Assembly (NCBI GenBank): GCA_965195285.1
Contig: CBDAFS010000015.1
Span: 1-64,000 of the forward strand
Length of the DNA: 64,000 nt
Direction: 5' to 3'
Source: an uncultured Aminicenantes bacterium
Lineage (GTDB): Bacteria > Acidobacteriota > Aminicenantia > UBA2199
Part shown: in pieces, positions 59,001 through 64,000 of the stretch
How positions within the stretch are numbered: position 1 is the stretch's first letter
Layout of the letters: each line of letters opens with the position of its first letter
The notes under the pieces: model-generated
What the model was told of the DNA's origin: nothing
Databases searched by the model: none
Seen by the model: the letters and a program-made list of their open reading frames with translations, nothing else
Made by a program: the position numbers and the translations under genes

Positions 59001-59569
59001 TGGATGGAAATTTCAGAAACGAAGAGAAAAAAGAACTCTTAAACCTGGCCAGAAAGACCATTCGATCATTTCTTGAAAGCGGGAAGGTCGAATATTCCTC
59101 GTATCATAATCCCAAATACAAAATAAAAATGGGCGTTTTTGTTACCCTGCATATGAATAATGCGTTAAGGGGATGTATTGGGTATCCGTTACCCCAGAAG
59201 CACTTGTCTGAGGCAATAGCGGACAACGCCATTGCTTCTGCCACCCAGGATCCAAGGTTTGAACCGGTTTCACTGTCTGAGCTGGAAGCAATTGATATAG
59301 AGATATCAATTCTAACCGTTCCGGAAAAAATCACGCAAGTGAGTGAAATTAAGGTAGGAAGGGACGGAATAATCATCAGCAAGGGATTTAACCGAGGATT
59401 GCTTTTGCCCCAGGTTCCCCTGGAACAGAATTGGACACTGGACCAGTACATTTCTTACGGTTGTATGAAAGCCGGACTGCCTGGTGATGAGTGGAAACGC
59501 GGGGTGGAAATTGAGACTTTCCAGGCAATTGTATTTGGTGAGAAACACCAATCGCAGATCGGTGAGTGA
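59000..59569 (+). CDS. AMMECR1 domain protein (AmmeMemoRadiSam protein A)
   Basis: GVFVTL, LRGCIG, DPRF, LLLPQV. Confidence 0.92.
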   Translation: MDGNFRNEEKKELLNLARKTIRSFLESGKVEYSSYHNPKYKIKMGVFVTLHMNNALRGCIGYPLPQKHLSEAIADNAIASATQDPRFEPVSLSELEAIDIEISILTVPEKITQVSEIKVGRDGIIISKGFNRGLLLPQVPLEQNWTLDQYISYGCMKAGLPGDEWKRGVEIETFQAIVFGEKHQSQIGE

Positions 59570-59985
59570 TGGATAGTAAACATGGCTCCTTTAAAACAAT
59601 CCATCTCAGAACGGAAAAGCACATTGATTTTTATGATATAACCTCTGAAATCGAATTCCAGGTGACGGATTCCGGAGTTCGGGATGGAATCCTGCTGGTG
59701 TTTACACCACATACCACTGCCGGTATAACCATTAACGAAAATGCGGATCCATCGGTCAGGTCCGATATCAGGGAGTTCATCAGTCGAAATATTCCTCCCG
59801 GGTCATACTTCAAGCATCTGGAGGGTAATTCCCCCTCTCATATTATGTCCAGTCTTTTTTCTGTCTCTGAGACGATCATTATCCAGGACGGTCAACTGGT
59901 TTTAGGGTCCTGGCAGGGGATTTTTTTTTGTGAATTCGATGGACCCAGAAACAGAAAGGTATATGTAAAAATCATTGGAGATTGA
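59566..59985 (+). CDS. YjbQ/UPF0047 family protein
   Basis: HTTAGITINEN, EGNSPSH, LGSWQGIFFCEFDGPR. Confidence 0.92.
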   Translation: MMDSKHGSFKTIHLRTEKHIDFYDITSEIEFQVTDSGVRDGILLVFTPHTTAGITINENADPSVRSDIREFISRNIPPGSYFKHLEGNSPSHIMSSLFSVSETIIIQDGQLVLGSWQGIFFCEFDGPRNRKVYVKIIGD

Positions 59986-60027
59986 TGCTTCAGTGATAGT
60001 GGATTTGAATTTCCCTAAAAAACCAGA

Positions 60028-62070
60028 TCAGTCTGAAACCATCAGGACTTCATTTAACTTGTCGACCAGTTGATTCAGTGAATATGGCTTCTGGATAAAT
60101 CCCGCCAATCCCTGCCCGATAAAATGACTGGTGGCTTCCTGTTCACTGTATCCACTGGAAAGAATCACTTTAATTTTTGGTTCTATGCGGGTCAATTCCC
60201 GAAATGCCTCTTCTCCATTCATATTGGGCATGGTGGTATCAAGAAGGACCAGAGCAATGCTTTCTTTATGCCGGCTGAAAACATCCACCCCTTCACGCCC
60301 ATCCATGGCTTTTAAAACCTTGAATCCAGCACACTCCAGCATATTGCTGGTCACATCCAGAACCGCCTCCTCGTCATCGACGACCAGAATGGTTTTGGCG
60401 TCTATGTTTTTCTTGTCGTGATTTGATTTCTCCTGGGTTTTCATTTTGGTTTTTTTCTCCATTATAGGCAAAATTGCTCTTATTGATGAACCCTTTCCAG
60501 ATTTACTCCAAACCTTCAGGGTACCATTATGACCCCGTACAATCCCCAAAACTACAGCCAGGCCCAATCCCCGCCCGCTGAATTTCGTGGTGAAAAACGG
60601 ATCAAATATTTTATTCTTGATATTGGCTTCCATTCCCGGACCGGAATCGGTTACTTCCAGGCAAATATATTCACCCTCCCTTAGATTGGGATCCAGATAA
60701 TCATCTACAAACGAGGCCCGATTCATCTTCAATCGACAGGTTTTTACCTGCACGGTCCCGTTTTTTTCTCCAATCGCCTCTGAAGCATTGATGATGAGGT
60801 TTAAAATAACCTGTCGAATTTGAGATGAATCGGCCATAATTGGGGGCAGAAGCTTATCAAATTCGAATTTGAGAGAAACTTTTTTGGATATGGAGGCTTT
60901 CAATAGCTGGCGCATATCATCAATTAGTCGGGAAAGATTGACCTCTTTCAGGATGAACTTTCCCTTTCCCGAGTAGGCCAGCATTTGATTGGTGAGTTCA
61001 GCGGCATCTTTTGATGACTTTTCAACTTTTTTTATAAATTTATAGGGTAGGGCTTCCGGTGATAAATAACTGGAGGCCAGACTGGCATTGCCCAATATTG
61101 CCATCAGTAGATTATTGAAATCATGGGCAATCCCTCCGGCAAGGATTTCCAGACTCTTCAGTTTCTGAGTATATTGCATCTGGGACTGCAATTTTTGACG
61201 CTCTGCCTCTGCTTTTTTTATTTCGGTGATATCGGTTAGCAGACCTTCATAGTGAGAAATATTCCCGTGTTCATCTCGGACGATTCGGGCATTTTCAAGA
61301 AACGTGATTTTACGGCCATTCTTGCATCGAAGCTGCAACTCAAAATTTCGCACTTCACCTTCTCTTTCCAATTTGTGGGTTAAAAACTTCCGGTATTCCG
61401 GGTTGACATACAGATCCTGTACCTTGGTGGTTTTACATAATTCCGCTTCAGAATTATATCCCAGCATCTTCACCAGTGCCGGATTGGCAGCCAGAATTAT
61501 TCCGTCAGGCCGGGTCAGGAATAATCCTTCAATCATGTTTTCAAAAAGACTGCGGTATTTGGCTTCGGATTGCTGAAGCTCAAGGTTGGCCGTTTGGAGT
61601 TCGGAGGTCCGCTCCCTTACCCGATTTTCCAGCTGAATATGAGCTTGCTTGAGGGCCTGTTCGGTTTTGATACGATCGGTAATGTCTTCAACGATTCCAT
61701 CTAAATATTTAACCTGTCCATGATGATCCCTGACAGCCATGGCCGTGGTGGAACAAATGATTGGAGTTCCGTCTTTTTTCTTGCAATTCAAAATTTCATT
61801 TCTGACCAAACCCTGGCTGAGAACTTTGTGACTGAATTTATCCCGGTCCTCGGGCAATTGATAGATATCGACCGGATGTATCCTGAGATATTCAGATTTG
61901 CTGGAATATCCAAACATCTCATACATGGCCGGGTTCACTTCAATGTATTTACCTTCCGGACCTGCAGTACTCCGGTATATTCCCACATTAATATTTTCAG
62001 TTATGGACCGGTACTTTTCCTCGCTCTCCAGAAGTGTTGCTTTGGATTTATCCCCTTCTTTTTTTGCCAT
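60028..62070 (-). CDS. PAS-PAS hybrid sensor histidine kinase/response regulator
   Basis: Two PAS domains, AHDFNN H-box, DPFFTTK..GRGLGL, C-terminal receiver. Confidence 0.92.
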   Translation of the reverse strand: MAKKEGDKSKATLLESEEKYRSITENINVGIYRSTAGPEGKYIEVNPAMYEMFGYSSKSEYLRIHPVDIYQLPEDRDKFSHKVLSQGLVRNEILNCKKKDGTPIICSTTAMAVRDHHGQVKYLDGIVEDITDRIKTEQALKQAHIQLENRVRERTSELQTANLELQQSEAKYRSLFENMIEGLFLTRPDGIILAANPALVKMLGYNSEAELCKTTKVQDLYVNPEYRKFLTHKLEREGEVRNFELQLRCKNGRKITFLENARIVRDEHGNISHYEGLLTDITEIKKAEAERQKLQSQMQYTQKLKSLEILAGGIAHDFNNLLMAILGNASLASSYLSPEALPYKFIKKVEKSSKDAAELTNQMLAYSGKGKFILKEVNLSRLIDDMRQLLKASISKKVSLKFEFDKLLPPIMADSSQIRQVILNLIINASEAIGEKNGTVQVKTCRLKMNRASFVDDYLDPNLREGEYICLEVTDSGPGMEANIKNKIFDPFFTTKFSGRGLGLAVVLGIVRGHNGTLKVWSKSGKGSSIRAILPIMEKKTKMKTQEKSNHDKKNIDAKTILVVDDEEAVLDVTSNMLECAGFKVLKAMDGREGVDVFSRHKESIALVLLDTTMPNMNGEEAFRELTRIEPKIKVILSSGYSEQEATSHFIGQGLAGFIQKPYSLNQLVDKLNEVLMVSD

Positions 62071-62204
62071 ATCAAAGCTGCTTTATTTTACCTTTTAAAA
62101 AAAACAATTTCAACCCCATCGGTATAAAATGTTACAATTTTCCGGGGGCCTGGAAGAAAAGATGCTTTTGATTATTTGGTTAGTTGTGATAAAATAGCTC
62201 TATT

Positions 62205-62278
62205 CGGGGTGTAGCGCAGGCTGGTAGCGCGCACGGTTCGGGATCGTGAGGTCGGAGGTTCGAATCCTCTCACCCCGA
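62205..62278 (+). tRNA. tRNA-Pro(CGG); CCA not encoded
   Basis: CGGGGTGTAGCGCAGGCTGGTAGCGCGCACGGTT-CGG-GATCGTGAGGTCGGAGGTTCGAATCCTCTCACCCCGA. Confidence 0.93.
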
Positions 62279-62290
62279 TTTTATTAAAAC

Positions 62291-62370
62291 AGTAAGTAGT
62301 AGGAAGTAAGTAGTAGGTAGTAGGAAGTAAGTAGTAGGTAGTAGGAAGTAGGAAGTAGGAAGTAGGTAGT
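62291..62370 (+). repeat. Heptamer tandem repeat (AGTARGW)x11
   Basis: Units AGTAAGT, AGTAGGA and AGTAGGT. Confidence 0.9.
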
Positions 62371-62526
62371 GGATTAATTTCTCATAAAAGTCTCGTATAA
62401 TTCTCACGGATTTTTCCCAAATTTTATTAATAATATTCGAACAATATCTTCATGAACGGATTTTTGGTGATATTTAATTGAAAATGCAAGATTATGATGT
62501 AAATCTGGGTATCAGTTTTCATTTTT

Positions 62527-63549
62527 TCAATTTGCCAATTTTATTTGAAAGCGGTTGATCTCCCAGACCTCTTTTTCAATATTTTCTTCAAGATAATAAT
62601 AAAATCCATCCAGGATACTGTGGAGTGTGGCCTGGTCGGTGTAGAAATTTATTGCAGGCAAATGGGTGTTCCCTTTTAAATTACCCTTCAGATCAAAAAC
62701 AAGCCATTTTATCTGTCGATTTTTAACCTGAAAGGTTTGCACATAAATCAAATCTTGATCAATAAAAAAATCCCTGACCGCCGGAAAATGATCCGGGAAG
62801 GTAAGGTATTGTTTCAAGTAATTCCAAAAGATTTTCCATTCGGGGCTGGTCCTGTAGTAAGTTTTCAATTTTTCGATGTATGCAGCGGGAACCTTTAATT
62901 TGTCTGCTTGATGGTCTATTGGTGACAATCTATTTCCTTTAAAATCAAATACACGTATAGATATGGTATCCAAATCGCTGGACAGGTAGATTTTTTCCTT
63001 ATACACTATAAATTTGTAGTTGGGCTTGGGTACAAATATTTTCACTCCCATCCCTACGGGGGTATTGGTTCTTAAAAGGATTTTTTTTCTCCTCATTTCC
63101 TTATCAAACAGGGCAATCCCCTGAACCTGAAATCCCTCTCCCGTAGCCAGTGAGGTTGAGGAGATAAAACCGCCTTCCACCGGAATAAACCGCTGCATGG
63201 GAGGAACCTTGCACTCCCCGATTGGATTTCCTTCCAGGGTAAAAAGGGACAGCTTCCCGATACTGCCAATCGCCAGCTTCCCGTCCACAGCATCAATGGT
63301 AAGGCTGTTGATCCCGTGACCCAGTTTGAATTCACCGGGTCCTTCTCCGGGATTTCCGAATTTCTTGATCAATTTCAAATCTTGTAAAGAATAGATATAA
63401 ACCCGGTGTTTCTCTCCGATGTAAATATGGTTTTTGGTTAGCAAGAAGGCATCTGGTTTGGAGACTTCGTACAATATTTTTTTACTTCCGAGAACAATAC
63501 TGGGACAAAATATGAAAACCATAACTATAACTGTAACCATCTTTTTCAT
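62527..63549 (-). CDS. Secreted 6-bladed beta-propeller-like protein
   Basis: Signal peptide, FGNPGEGPGEF; AGGAG RBS. Confidence 0.75.
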   Translation of the reverse strand: MKKMVTVIVMVFIFCPSIVLGSKKILYEVSKPDAFLLTKNHIYIGEKHRVYIYSLQDLKLIKKFGNPGEGPGEFKLGHGINSLTIDAVDGKLAIGSIGKLSLFTLEGNPIGECKVPPMQRFIPVEGGFISSTSLATGEGFQVQGIALFDKEMRRKKILLRTNTPVGMGVKIFVPKPNYKFIVYKEKIYLSSDLDTISIRVFDFKGNRLSPIDHQADKLKVPAAYIEKLKTYYRTSPEWKIFWNYLKQYLTFPDHFPAVRDFFIDQDLIYVQTFQVKNRQIKWLVFDLKGNLKGNTHLPAINFYTDQATLHSILDGFYYYLEENIEKEVWEINRFQIKLAN

Positions 63550-63589
63550 ATATATTCTCCTAAATAACAATGCTCAGGGTTCTTTTCTT

Positions 63590-64000
63590 TCATGAATTCT
63601 CCAGGGTTTTCATTACTTCATCTAAAAACTGCATTTCCAAAGTTAATGCACGGTGGATATATTCTATTGCCAGATTGGTACTTCCGTGATGGTGATTGTT
63701 TGGTGCTGCGTTGCCTTCAGTCTTTTTATTGAAAATGGCAATATACTTTTCAATTTGAGATTTTCGATTTCGAATTAGTTTAACGGCTTCAGGCGCTGGT
63801 ATTGCATCTAGAAAGCAAATGCTTACCATACCAGGATGTTCACCGGGAGTGAAGGCAGTAAGTTGCTGTCTGAGGAGTTTGAAAAACATAGCTTCACCAC
63901 CCTCTGTAACTGTATATACTTTCCTTGCTCTATTACCAGTTAGTTCATCCCGATGTGTGATCCAGCCGTCTTTTTCCATTATTTCAAGCAAATTATACGA
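63590..64000 (-). CDS. PadR-family transcriptional regulator (5' end outside window)
   Basis: YNLLEIMEKDGWI...RARKVYTVTEGG. Confidence 0.8.
   Translation of the reverse strand, partial: SYNLLEIMEKDGWITHRDELTGNRARKVYTVTEGGEAMFFKLLRQQLTAFTPGEHPGMVSICFLDAIPAPEAVKLIRNRKSQIEKYIAIFNKKTEGNAAPNNHHHGSTNLAIEYIHRALTLEMQFLDEVMKTLENS

Noticed and set aside
62205-64000. tRNA-Pro-anchored genomic island or prophage
   Set aside because: No integrase and no duplicated tRNA 3' end seen in the window; the same holds for the tRNA at 18339-18411.

Overview
A 64-kb bacterial chromosomal segment. The gene families present (6-bladed beta-propellers, VWA-like secreted protein, DUF6599/DUF362 pair, GAAC-N7-GAAC LexA box) suggest Aminicenantia/Acidobacteriota, but this is inference only. 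The backbone is housekeeping: uvrA-holB-PSP1, S9 peptidase-KamA-MFS, ftsEX, split transketolase, lpxA, cold-shock gene, dnaE2 and lexA-dinB, a PEP-synthase-like regulator, nupC, M16 peptidase, mraY, comF, purF, Grx/FTR, pgsA, a hybrid histidine kinase and two tRNAs. AT-richer accessory genes are interspersed. Main observations: (1) four REP-associated tyrosine transposase (RAYT) loci or remnants, two with gene-bracketing inverted repeats and one whose end cuts a CD-NTase/SMODS gene. (2) Single cargo genes bracketed by very long direct repeats of host sequence (207 bp; 87 bp; four serial copies of the comF 3' end), with no integrase or DDE transposase in the window. (3) A 1261-aa MurG-FHA-like-MurJ-HEAT fusion coupled to mraY outside a dcw cluster. 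(4) A split SOS mutagenesis module sharing a direct-repeat LexA box. (5) A GH127-mutarotase fusion, a PurF lacking the Cys1 nucleophile, and small unannotated peptides, one behind a sigma-54-like promoter.
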